Origin: a virus
Taxonomy: Duplodnaviria; Caudoviricetes
Direction: 5' to 3' (one strand)
Length of the DNA: 52,228 bases
IMG/VR virus record: IMGVR_UViG_3300007276_000008
Span: 1-52,228 of that record
Shown here: piece after piece, positions 1 to 8,057 of the stretch
How positions within the stretch are numbered: position 1 is the first letter of the stretch
Layout: each line of letters starts with the position of its first letter
Notes under the pieces: generated by a model
What the model saw: only the letters and a program-made list of their open reading frames with translations
Database searches by the model: none
Told to the model about the DNA's origin: nothing
Program-made: the position numbers and the translations under genes

Positions 1-123
1 TTAAGCACAAATACCGTATCCATATTTTATCAAAAGCAACAGCGGCATGACGAGGAGTTATTGCACCAAGCAGCATTAATTGAATATAATAAGGAACGCG
101 CTGATAGGATAGCTGAACGCAAA
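1..123. repeat. Terminal direct repeat, left copy (probably circular-assembly overlap)
   Basis: Bases 1-123 are identical to 52106-52228. Confidence 0.95.
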
Positions 124-198
124 AGCATGGAAGCAAAAGCGTATTATGACAATATGATATTGAAATTGGAATTGCAAAAATGTAAAAACAGCCTTTAA

Positions 199-426
199 AT
201 GGAAAAGCATGTTATTATAAAAAAAAGCAAGTGGATTGATAAAATATTAGCAAAGCAAACAAAATTTAGGAAAAACAACCTAAATAAATTAGCTTTACAA
301 ATGATAAAAGACGTGCCTTTGCACGAACGCAAAAGGATTGACAAATTAGATATTTTAGTAGGAATTGACACAGCAGAAAACAAACTACAAGGATATTTGA
401 CATATAAAAACGGAATGTTATATTAA
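199..426 (+). CDS. Hypothetical protein, 75 aa
   Basis: Starts immediately after the stop of the junction-spanning ORF; co-oriented. Confidence 0.7.
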   Translation: MEKHVIIKKSKWIDKILAKQTKFRKNNLNKLALQMIKDVPLHERKRIDKLDILVGIDTAENKLQGYLTYKNGMLY

Positions 427-443
427 TTTAAAAACGAGTAAAA

Positions 444-866
444 ATGGCAGATTTAGTTTACAACAGCTTTAAAAGGGACATTATGGACGGCACCCTTGAT
501 TTAAGCACGCAAGACATCAAAGTGATGTTGGTCACAAGTGGGTATACACCTAATATTGATACGGACGAATTTATTGATGACGTTACCAATGAGGTAGTAG
601 GAACAGGATATACGGCAGGAGGACAGTCGTTAGCATCGAAAACGGTGGTGGTAGATGATACAAATGACAGAGGTGTTTTTGATTCAGCAAACCCTGAATG
701 GACAACGGCTACAATCACAGCGCGTGGTGCTGTTTTGTATTATGACACAGGCACACCTGCAACATCTCCTTTAATTGGTTATTGGGATTTTGGAACGGAC
801 CAAACGTCAACCGCAGGAACCTTTACAATTAACATCAATGTAGTTGGAATTTTGACATTGACATAG
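444..866 (+). CDS. Putative virion/tail protein
   Basis: T/G/D-rich beta-type sequence (IKVMLV..EVVGTGYTAGG..ITARGAVLY..PLIGYWDFG) of the kind found before tail-fibre-like genes. Confidence 0.6.
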   Translation: MADLVYNSFKRDIMDGTLDLSTQDIKVMLVTSGYTPNIDTDEFIDDVTNEVVGTGYTAGGQSLASKTVVVDDTNDRGVFDSANPEWTTATITARGAVLYYDTGTPATSPLIGYWDFGTDQTSTAGTFTININVVGILTLT

Positions 867-890
867 TAAGTGTAATCACCAAGTATTATA

Positions 891-912
891 CCCTTAATTT
901 TAGCATTAAGGG
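891..912. other. Intergenic hairpin
   Basis: CCCTTAA-N8-TTAAGGG inverted repeat with no strong U tract. Confidence 0.4.
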
Positions 913-930
913 TTTACCTTAATCACTATT

Positions 931-3105
931 ATGGCGCAGTTTCTTAGACCTTCATCAGACATAACGACTACAAATATAACCGGAACATTTGCCGATGTTG
1001 ATGAAACGTCTCCAAATGATTCCGATTTTGTTGTTAGTCCTGATAATACTGCTGCCGTTTATGAAACGCTTTTAAGCAGTGCAATAGACCCAGGTGTTAA
1101 TACAGGCCATACGATAAGAATACGCCATGCAAAAGCTGACACAGGCACACCTCCAAGCACTGATGGAAATACACAACTTGCTGATTTTGACTTATATCAA
1201 GGTGCCACATTAATTGCAAATTTAGGTAACAATGTTACATTAGGCGCTTGGACAACAAGGACAATAAATATTACCACAATTGCCGCCTCTGCAATTACAG
1301 ATTATTCAGATTTAAGGATTAGAATTACAATTCCAGCAAGTGGAGGTGGTTCTCCAACTATTCGTAGAGGTGCAGCTGTTTCTTGGATTGAAATGGAAGT
1401 GCCTGATAACGTTGTTAATGTTACGGTTAATTCGGGTGTTTTCAGTATGACAGTCGACCAAAAACTAATGAGAGTTATTGGGGAGGCAGTTTATGAAGCC
1501 AAACCTCTTACAGTAACGTCGGCGCTTCAAACAGCAACAGTAACATCAGGAGTAGGTGTTACAGTTAATGTAGGAATTTTAAATGCTGATTTCGTATTAC
1601 AATCCTCGACAGTAACGGCAGGAGATGTCAATATTGATGTAGGCATTTTAAACGCTGTTTTTAGCTTATTAGCTACAACTGAAATAGGTGATGCTAATTA
1701 TACAATTGGTGAAGATGCAGAACTAAATGTTAATGCCGATATTAGAACAGTAACAGTAACGACAACAAGCAATGTTTCAATTGATGTTGCAACTTTATCC
1801 GCTGAATTTAAAATATTACCGGTAACAATTACCACAATAAGCAATGTCAATTTTTTTGTACGAACTTTTTCTCTCAAATTGGCTTTACAAACTGCAACGG
1901 TAATCGGTGATGCTAATTATACAAACAAGGAATTGACTGCTGATTTTTTCCTTGCTCCTACAACGGTTTCAACGGCAGGAAATGTCAATATTAGCGTAGG
2001 TGTTTTAAATGCTAATTTTACACTTTTATTATCTGAGCCTTTTGGACAAAGGAACGTTTCAGTCAATACAGGTGTTTTAAGCGCGTCATTTACCTTAAAC
2101 GCTGCGACAGTTTCAGCAGTAGACAATGTCTCATTTAATGCAGGTATATTGTCCGCAACTTTTACACAACAGTCGGCAACAGTAACAGCAACGGAAAACA
2201 TCAGTATTGATGCAAACGTTTTAAACGCTGTTTTTAGTTTACAAGCTGCAACGGTTGAAACAGCAGGAAACGTCACAATATCCGTTAACACCTTAGAAGC
2301 TGTCTTAGCGCTTTTACCAACAGCCGTTGAAGCAAGTGCTACCACAGCGCCAAACGTTTTAGACGCGGCATTTGTGCTTCAAACAGCAACAGTTTCAACA
2401 GCAGGTAACGTTACAATTAGCGTAGGTATATTAAATGCGAATTTTAGCTTAGAAACTGCGACAGTAACAGCGAATGAAAATACAAGCATTAACGTAGGCG
2501 TATTAAGCGTGTTATTTTCGTTAGAAGCAGCGACCGTTTCTACTGCTGGAAATGTGACAATTAATGTAAACACCTTAAATGCCAATTTAAGTTTACAAGC
2601 GCCTACAATAACAGCAACAAAAAGCGTGGTTATAAATGTTGGCATATTAACTGCTGACTTTACAATATTAAGCGCAAATATAAAAATTGACAAAAGCATT
2701 GACGCCAATGTATTAAACGGATTATTTGTTTTACACGCTGCGACAGTATCCACATCAGGAGGCGTTGTAATTAACGTTGGTACAAATAGTGCGGATATTG
2801 AATTGCAACCGGTAGTTATTACTATCCAAGCAAATGTAGCGGTAAATGAATTAATTGCTGAATTTGGAATATTACCGGTAGTAGTAACAGCAGGTGGAGC
2901 ACCTAGCAGGTTAACGGGCTGTATTATTATTGACTATGTTAAACCTGAATTATATGCAGTTACAATAAAACAACCTAAAAAATATATTGTTATATTTGTA
3001 GAAACTACTGAAAGTCCAATAGTTTACAAAAGCCCTAAAAAATACAGCGTTACCTATTTGGAACCTGCGCTGCAACAAATAACAGTTTTAAAACCTTGCA
3101 AATAA
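931..3105 (+). CDS. Putative tail fibre/adhesin-like protein with ~28-aa repeats
   Basis: More than a dozen repeats resembling NVTISVGILNANFSLETATVTA; V/T/A/N-rich; lies in the tail region. Confidence 0.6.
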   Translation: MAQFLRPSSDITTTNITGTFADVDETSPNDSDFVVSPDNTAAVYETLLSSAIDPGVNTGHTIRIRHAKADTGTPPSTDGNTQLADFDLYQGATLIANLGNNVTLGAWTTRTINITTIAASAITDYSDLRIRITIPASGGGSPTIRRGAAVSWIEMEVPDNVVNVTVNSGVFSMTVDQKLMRVIGEAVYEAKPLTVTSALQTATVTSGVGVTVNVGILNADFVLQSSTVTAGDVNIDVGILNAVFSLLATTEIGDANYTIGEDAELNVNADIRTVTVTTTSNVSIDVATLSAEFKILPVTITTISNVNFFVRTFSLKLALQTATVIGDANYTNKELTADFFLAPTTVSTAGNVNISVGVLNANFTLLLSEPFGQRNVSVNTGVLSASFTLNAATVSAVDNVSFNAGILSATFTQQSATVTATENISIDANVLNAVFSLQAATVETAGNVTISVNTLEAVLALLPTAVEASATTAPNVLDAAFVLQTATVSTAGNVTISVGILNANFSLETATVTANENTSINVGVLSVLFSLEAATVSTAGNVTINVNTLNANLSLQAPTITATKSVVINVGILTADFTILSANIKIDKSIDANVLNGLFVLHAATVSTSGGVVINVGTNSADIELQPVVITIQANVAVNELIAEFGILPVVVTAGGAPSRLTGCIIIDYVKPELYAVTIKQPKKYIVIFVETTESPIVYKSPKKYSVTYLEPALQQITVLKPCK

Positions 3106-3464
3106 TGACAACAATAACCAGAAAAATAGGTGCGTTTCACAATTTAGAATTCAAAATAGATTTAACGCAATACGGCAAAACGTCAAGTGATATTGAGGAT
3201 TATATTTTTAGCGTAAAAGCGCGCAAAAGCGACGCGGATAATTTGCTATTGCTTAAAAAGGAAACTACCGGAGGCATTACTGCTTCAGGAACGGATATAA
3301 TTACAGCATTGGTTAGTTGGCCGTATGATGAATATGACAACTTTAAACCAGGCGAATACCTAGCAGGATTATTTATTAAATTTACGGGTGATGCAGTTGC
3401 AGACGAAAACGTTTCGCAAACATTTGTCCTACAAATAACCGATGACTTTTTAAAAGATAACTAA
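3096..3464 (+). CDS. Putative baseplate/tail-associated Ig-like protein (start may be 3105)
   Basis: Beta-strand pattern reminiscent of BppU N-terminal-type domains; position after the fibre-like gene. Confidence 0.4.
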   Translation: MQIMTTITRKIGAFHNLEFKIDLTQYGKTSSDIEDYIFSVKARKSDADNLLLLKKETTGGITASGTDIITALVSWPYDEYDNFKPGEYLAGLFIKFTGDAVADENVSQTFVLQITDDFLKDN

Positions 3465-3466
3465 AA

Positions 3467-3910
3467 ATGAGCAGTTTAAAACAATCAGATTTTATTATTA
3501 GCCACCAAGCAGTACCGGTGGTAATTATTGACAGGATACACGACCACCACTTTGTAGTGCTGCAAAAGGTTGATGATTTAGCGCCTTTTGATGTTTATCC
3601 TAGTTTAAAAAGTTGTTACCGACCTTATGTTTGGGAAATTGCAAGAGGCAGGAGTGGTAATAGCCAACATACATTTGGTGAACGGGCAATCAATATACTA
3701 GATGAAAAAGGTGCATGCGATATTACATGTGAAAATTTTGAACGCAATAAGGACGCGCTTTTGGACTTACTAATTAGGAACACACCGTACCTAAGGTTTG
3801 CGGTTTACAACAGCTTTATCCATGCTGATTACAAAAATACGCACAACGGAAAACGATTATTATTTACATCTAACAGTTCAAGTAAATGGACGTTCGTTAA
3901 ATTTGTGTAA
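3467..3910 (+). CDS. Endolysin, peptidase M15 family
   Basis: SCYRP..SQH..ACD..FIHAD matches the M15 zinc-peptidase motif order; followed by membrane proteins. Confidence 0.8.
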   Translation: MSSLKQSDFIISHQAVPVVIIDRIHDHHFVVLQKVDDLAPFDVYPSLKSCYRPYVWEIARGRSGNSQHTFGERAINILDEKGACDITCENFERNKDALLDLLIRNTPYLRFAVYNSFIHADYKNTHNGKRLLFTSNSSSKWTFVKFV

Positions 3911-3949
3911 ATTTGTTATTATATTTTATTACTAATTAAATACTTTATT

Positions 3950-4321
3950 ATGAAAAATTTGAAACTAATTTTATTTTCAATGCTATTTTTAGCAGTAGGA
4001 ATGACTGGATTTGCAATGACGCAAGACGCTCCAGCACCGTCACTAGAACCCTCAACTATTGTAGGGTATTTGGCTCCGTTTATCACTTTAGGAGTAACAG
4101 CATTAATCCGTTGGGCAAAGCCTATGATGGGCTCAGGCATTACAATTATGGTTGTTGCCGGCTTATCCGTAGCAGTTGCCTGGATAGCTAATTTAACGTC
4201 AGATATGGACGGTGTAGCTTTCTTCATGCAGGTATTATACGGTTTATTGGCGATTGTTATTAACCAAATATACCGTGCTTTAAATGGCGGTAATGCTAAA
4301 TTTGCGCGTGCAAAAAGCTAA
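3950..4321 (+). CDS. Putative holin/membrane protein
   Basis: N-terminal signal-like segment, about 3 hydrophobic helices and a basic C-terminus; adjacent to the endolysin. Confidence 0.6.
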   Translation: MKNLKLILFSMLFLAVGMTGFAMTQDAPAPSLEPSTIVGYLAPFITLGVTALIRWAKPMMGSGITIMVVAGLSVAVAWIANLTSDMDGVAFFMQVLYGLLAIVINQIYRALNGGNAKFARAKS

Positions 4322-4328
4322 CTAACCA

Positions 4329-4357
4329 GGCGCACTGTAAAAGGTGCGCTTTTTTTA
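4329..4357 (+). terminator. Intrinsic terminator
   Basis: GGCGCAC-TGTAAAAG-GTGCGCT followed by a T run. Confidence 0.65.
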
Positions 4358-4704
4358 TGAAAACAAAATGGTACATAATAATAGGAGTAGTGATAGCGTC
4401 AATTATTGCTATATACCTATACAAGGGAGGCAGCAAAAGCCTTTTAGACATGGTTAAGGAACCTGAAATTGCTAAGATTAAGCAATTAAACGCAAAAATA
4501 GACAGTTTAAAGGCGTCGTTAATTATAAGCAAAGCAATACACGAAAACGACAAAGCGCTGTTGGAAAAGCAAAAAGAATCATTAAATATTGCACTATCAC
4601 ACCTAATTAAAAAGCAAAAGCAAAATGAAACAGATATTATTAATTATTCTGGTGACTTTAACAGGCGTTTCCGTCAGTTCTCAGTCCTTGCCAATACAAA
4701 CTAG
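4357..4704 (+). CDS. Putative i-spanin-like protein
   Basis: One N-terminal TM segment followed by a coiled coil; in the lysis cassette; overlaps the next gene. Confidence 0.5.
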   Translation: MKTKWYIIIGVVIASIIAIYLYKGGSKSLLDMVKEPEIAKIKQLNAKIDSLKASLIISKAIHENDKALLEKQKESLNIALSHLIKKQKQNETDIINYSGDFNRRFRQFSVLANTN

Positions 4705-5047
4705 GTACCAAGGAGAAAACGCTGTAATTATTAGCGAGGCTCAAATGGACAATTTAAGTTTAAAGGTATTGGAATTAGCTTTGGCCAAAAATAAATTAGC
4801 AACTTTTCAAATTCAATTTAATTTGCTGCAAAAGGATTTGGCATTAATGCAAAGCAAATCCACATATTTGGAAGCGCTATCAAACAGCCAAGCGGATATA
4901 ATTACTTCCTTACAAGAGGTAGCACAAAGCCAGGATAGGATTAACGAGGCTGAACAAATAAATTTAAAACAAAAAAACAAAAACAAGTGGGTCAGCTACC
5001 TAGTTGGTTTTGCAGTGGGTGCGACCGCTGTTTTAGTACTTAATTAA
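4625..5047 (+). CDS. Putative spanin partner (secreted coiled coil with C-terminal TM)
   Basis: Signal peptide (..VSS/Q), coiled coil and hydrophobic C-terminus; overlaps the previous gene by 80 nt. Confidence 0.45.
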   Translation: MKQILLIILVTLTGVSVSSQSLPIQTRYQGENAVIISEAQMDNLSLKVLELALAKNKLATFQIQFNLLQKDLALMQSKSTYLEALSNSQADIITSLQEVAQSQDRINEAEQINLKQKNKNKWVSYLVGFAVGATAVLVLN

Positions 5048-5215
5048 ATGGACCTAATATTTCTACTTTGCGGCATTATATTGTTTACCAGATGGGTTGT
5101 GTTGAAAATTTTTAATGCAATTTTTTTAAGTAATAAGCCGCTAAAAGCCAAGGAAATACATTATCATTACCATGATAACAGGCAAATCAACATACTTGAT
5201 ACGGAAGTAAATTGA
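5048..5215 (+). CDS. Small membrane protein, 55 aa (not in ORF track)
   Basis: MDLIFLLCGIILFTRWVV..; starts right after the previous stop. Confidence 0.5.
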   Translation: MDLIFLLCGIILFTRWVVLKIFNAIFLSNKPLKAKEIHYHYHDNRQINILDTEVN

Positions 5216-5276
5216 AAATTAATTGCTATATTTACAATTGAAATGCAATTATTTCTATATTTTAAGTTGGTTAGAA

Positions 5277-5313
5277 TAGGCCGCTCTTTTACTAGGGTGG
5301 CTTATTTTTTTTT
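5277..5313 (+). terminator. Intrinsic terminator
   Basis: TAGGCCGCTC-N8-GGGTGGCTTA followed by a long T run. Confidence 0.7.
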
Positions 5314-5331
5314 GATTATTTTAAAAAAACA

Positions 5332-5364
5332 TTTGGTAGGTATAAAGATAAGTTATATATTTAC
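5332..5364 (+). promoter_or_regulatory. Repeated cassette promoter (Bacteroidota-like -33/-7)
   Basis: TTTGGTAG..TATATTTAC; one of about 13 similar copies. Confidence 0.75.
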
Positions 5365-5388
5365 AGTGTTAAACAAAAACAAAACATC

Positions 5389-5559
5389 ATGACAACGCAA
5401 AACAAAATAGACAATTTAAACTTAAAAGCAGACGCACTAGCAGAAAGAGCAAGCATTTTAGAAAAAAAAGGAGACAACGTAGGCGCAATGAATTGCTGGA
5501 TAGAGGAAAAAAAATTAGTTGAGCGTATTGAAAACTTAGAATTATTATTAACACTTTAA
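5389..5559 (+). CDS. Hypothetical protein, 56 aa (not in ORF track)
   Basis: MTTQNKIDNLNLK..; AAAACATCATG start context directly after the promoter. Confidence 0.7.
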   Translation: MTTQNKIDNLNLKADALAERASILEKKGDNVGAMNCWIEEKKLVERIENLELLLTL

Positions 5560-5569
5560 AATAAAAATC

Positions 5570-5722
5570 ATGTCAAACATCACAAATTTACAAGCACGCG
5601 CAGAAGAATTAGCCATTAATGTATGGATAGGAACACCTGCACAAATAGAGGAAAGAAAAAAGGATTTTGTAGCAGCAAACGGAGGCACAGGAATTGACTA
5701 CATGCTGAAGTATATGCATTAA
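5570..5722 (+). CDS. Hypothetical protein, 50 aa (not in ORF track)
   Basis: MSNITNLQARAEEL..; A-rich start; followed by a hairpin. Confidence 0.65.
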   Translation: MSNITNLQARAEELAINVWIGTPAQIEERKKDFVAANGGTGIDYMLKYMH

Positions 5723-5777
5723 AAAAATATGCGGGTGTAAAAGCCCGCAAAAAAACAAACATTAAAAACCAAACATT

Positions 5778-6017
5778 ATGTCACAATTTGAAACAGTAGG
5801 ATACGTCGTTGATTATTATATAGGTAATAAATACCAAGGGCACATAAGTATACCAGAACCAGACAGAGCAATAACAGGTTATGAAGGGCGCAAAAGAGCA
5901 ACTTTAAATGAACCCGTAACACTTACAAAAGGCACAAAGTTAAACACGCTTAAAAAGGGCTCGCACGTTGTAACGGAGTTAATTCCTATAAATGGGCGTA
6001 TAAAATTGCAGTGCTAA
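5778..6017 (+). CDS. Hypothetical protein
   Basis: ORF with an A-rich start context. Confidence 0.65.
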   Translation: MSQFETVGYVVDYYIGNKYQGHISIPEPDRAITGYEGRKRATLNEPVTLTKGTKLNTLKKGSHVVTELIPINGRIKLQC

Positions 6018-6034
6018 AAAAAACTTAAAAAAAA

Positions 6035-6214
6035 ATGAAAGCAAAATTTTATAGCAAACCAGAAAACGTATTATTTTATGACCCACTTACAAGATTATTA
6101 GCAAGGATATTTGGTGCTAAATACTTTGTAATTAAATGTAGGGTTTGTGGAAAGATACCTACTGAAATATACGGTGGAGTTTGTTTAGACCACAAAACTA
6201 AAGAAAATAATTAA
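6035..6214 (+). CDS. Small putative Zn-binding protein, 59 aa (not in ORF track)
   Basis: CRVC..CLDH motif; A-rich start. Confidence 0.5.
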   Translation: MKAKFYSKPENVLFYDPLTRLLARIFGAKYFVIKCRVCGKIPTEIYGGVCLDHKTKENN

Positions 6215-6303
6215 TAACTAAAATAGAAAAAGATGAAAATCCTAGTCATACTGGCACTTATCGTCATGTTGGTCACTTTATTAGAAAAAAAGTGGTAAAA
6301 TGT

Positions 6304-6336
6304 TATGGTAGTTATAAAGATAAGTTATATATTTAC
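6304..6336 (+). promoter_or_regulatory. Repeated cassette promoter
   Basis: TATGGTAGTTATAAAGATAAGTTATATATTTAC. Confidence 0.7.
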
Positions 6337-6375
6337 AGTGTTGCAATAAAGCAATAACAATTAAAACATCACATT

Positions 6376-6633
6376 ATGACAACTGAAACACTTAACATCA
6401 ACTACGCAGGAACAGCAAACAACGGAGAATACAGCATTATATATGTTGAAACACAATTTATGTTAGACGCTCCAGAAATCGGATTAACTTTTGAGGTTTG
6501 GGAAGAGGACGTTGACAGCCAGGAATTTAAAACTGCATATGACAACGCACTAATTGAATTCGCGCAAACGTTAAGAGCGCAATACGAGGCAAAATTTAAC
6601 GGAATAGTAAACATAGTATTTGAAGGACTATAA
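6376..6633 (+). CDS. Acidic hypothetical protein
   Basis: Follows the promoter and an ACATCAC start motif; rich in D/E. Confidence 0.7.
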   Translation: MTTETLNINYAGTANNGEYSIIYVETQFMLDAPEIGLTFEVWEEDVDSQEFKTAYDNALIEFAQTLRAQYEAKFNGIVNIVFEGL

Positions 6634-6640
6634 TAGTAAA

Positions 6641-6670
6641 CAGCAGGTGTAACAGCCTGCTGCTTTTTTT
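6641..6670 (+). terminator. Intrinsic terminator
   Basis: CAGCAGG-TGTAACAG-CCTGCTG followed by a T run. Confidence 0.7.
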
Positions 6671-6691
6671 AATTAACTTAATTTATACATC

Positions 6692-6967
6692 ATGCAAAAA
6701 TTAGCAAACAGCCTTAAAGGCAAAAAAACTGAAACAACTTTGCGCAACGGCAAAAAACTACAAGGGTACGTGGCAGAGGTAGAGGAAAGGACTTTTCTGT
6801 CAATGGGATTAGACTTAAATATGTCGCCCGAAATTAACACCTGGTCCTTAGTGATTAAGCACTACGATACCAAAATGAAAAGGACAGTTGACTTAGGGCA
6901 TAAGAAGCCCCTGACAGTAGACAATGTTAATGCAGCAATGCCATTGCACAAAGTAAGGTTCATCTAA
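6692..6967 (+). CDS. Hypothetical protein
   Basis: ACATCATG start context. Confidence 0.7.
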   Translation: MQKLANSLKGKKTETTLRNGKKLQGYVAEVEERTFLSMGLDLNMSPEINTWSLVIKHYDTKMKRTVDLGHKKPLTVDNVNAAMPLHKVRFI

Positions 6968-6974
6968 CAGTAAG

Positions 6975-7005
6975 GAGGGCGTAAAAGCCCTCTTTATTTT
7001 TTTTT
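6975..7005 (+). terminator. Intrinsic terminator
   Basis: GAGGGC-GTAAAA-GCCCTC followed by a T run. Confidence 0.75.
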
Positions 7006-7024
7006 AATTTTTTTTTAAAAAACG

Positions 7025-7057
7025 TTTGGTAGTTATAAAGATAATATATATATTTAC
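7025..7057 (+). promoter_or_regulatory. Repeated cassette promoter
   Basis: TTTGGTAGTTATAAAGATAA..TATATTTAC. Confidence 0.75.
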
Positions 7058-7094
7058 AGTGTTGCAATGAAGCAGCAAACAAAAAACATCACAA

Positions 7095-7463
7095 ATGAAA
7101 ACTTTAATTAATATCACAGCGCAGTACCAAGAGAATTATGCACATTACAACGGTGGGCAACATTGGAAAAATAAAGGAACAACAATATTCCAAGTAAAGG
7201 TAAACGACGGTTGTTTAATGTTCGACAATGATACCGTTGTCATAGCTATTAAAAAAATATTGTTAAACGAGTGCAATGCTTTATGTCGTTACACTTACAT
7301 CAGCCACGAGGCTATTTATAGTACTCCAGTAATTATTGAGGATAAAGTATTTGACAAAGCATATTTGCAAGCAGCGGAGGAGCGCGAGGAGCGCGAGGAA
7401 AAGGAGTTAATAGAAGGTGACTATCCTGAGTACCAAGACCCTGCTAACCATTGGGATAGATAA
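7095..7463 (+). CDS. Hypothetical protein
   Basis: Follows the promoter; ACATCACAAATG start. Confidence 0.7.
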   Translation: MKTLINITAQYQENYAHYNGGQHWKNKGTTIFQVKVNDGCLMFDNDTVVIAIKKILLNECNALCRYTYISHEAIYSTPVIIEDKVFDKAYLQAAEEREEREEKELIEGDYPEYQDPANHWDR

Positions 7464-7469
7464 TAATAG

Positions 7470-7494
7470 ACGAGGGTTTAAAAGCCCTCGTTTT
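7470..7494 (+). terminator. Intrinsic terminator
   Basis: ACGAGGG-TTTAAAAG-CCCTCGT followed by TTT. Confidence 0.65.
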
Positions 7495-7508
7495 AATATA
7501 CAGCAATT

Positions 7509-7631
7509 ATGAAAATGGACTATTGCAATAAGTGCTTAACAGTTACAGCCTGGAAAAGCAAAACAAACAACAAGCCAACATATTCGTATTCATATAAGGA
7601 ATGCGTTATGTGCAAAACAAAAAAGAAATGA
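7509..7631 (+). CDS. Small Zn-ribbon protein, 40 aa (not in ORF track)
   Basis: CNKC..CVMC; ATGA overlap with the next ORF. Confidence 0.5.
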   Translation: MKMDYCNKCLTVTAWKSKTNNKPTYSYSYKECVMCKTKKK

Positions 7632-7807
7632 GAACTATTTTTATCACTCACGGAGGGCACAACTTCCAGGAAGAGAATTCAGAAACGGGTAGGATAAGCA
7701 AGTGTACCAATTGCGGCATACAAGGCGTACCTACCTCATTAACCACAATTGAACTAACGGAGTTTTATTTGCAAGAGGCAATAGACCAATGTGGTTCGCA
7801 AACTTAA
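7628..7807 (+). CDS. Hypothetical protein (CxxC); track start 7601
   Basis: ATGA coupling suggests a start at 7628. Confidence 0.5.
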   Translation: MRTIFITHGGHNFQEENSETGRISKCTNCGIQGVPTSLTTIELTEFYLQEAIDQCGSQT

Positions 7808-7812
7808 AAACA

Positions 7813-8052
7813 ATGGAACAAAAAACAACAGTTAAACGAACAAACAAAGTACAGCAAGTTTTAAACCACTTAAAAGCGCATGGGCAAATTACTTCCATGC
7901 ATGCAATTAACCTTTATTCGGCTACCAGATTAGCTGCAATTATTTTTGTCTTACGGGAACGAGGACACAATATTGAAACTAAAATGGTAAAAAAATTAGA
8001 CATAAATGGCTGGCCGTGCCAATATGCACTGTATCTTTATTCAAATAAATAA
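7813..8052 (+). CDS. Winged helix-turn-helix DNA-binding protein (track start 7789)
   Basis: VLNHLK..ITSMHA..RLAAIIFVLRERGHNIET is a phage wHTH pattern. Confidence 0.7.
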   Translation: MEQKTTVKRTNKVQQVLNHLKAHGQITSMHAINLYSATRLAAIIFVLRERGHNIETKMVKKLDINGWPCQYALYLYSNK

Positions 8053-8057
8053 CAGCA

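Noticed and set aside
1-123. Biological direct terminal repeat of the virion DNA
   Set aside because: It falls in the middle of a coding sequence, as expected for an assembler overlap of a circular or permuted genome; real termini need read data.
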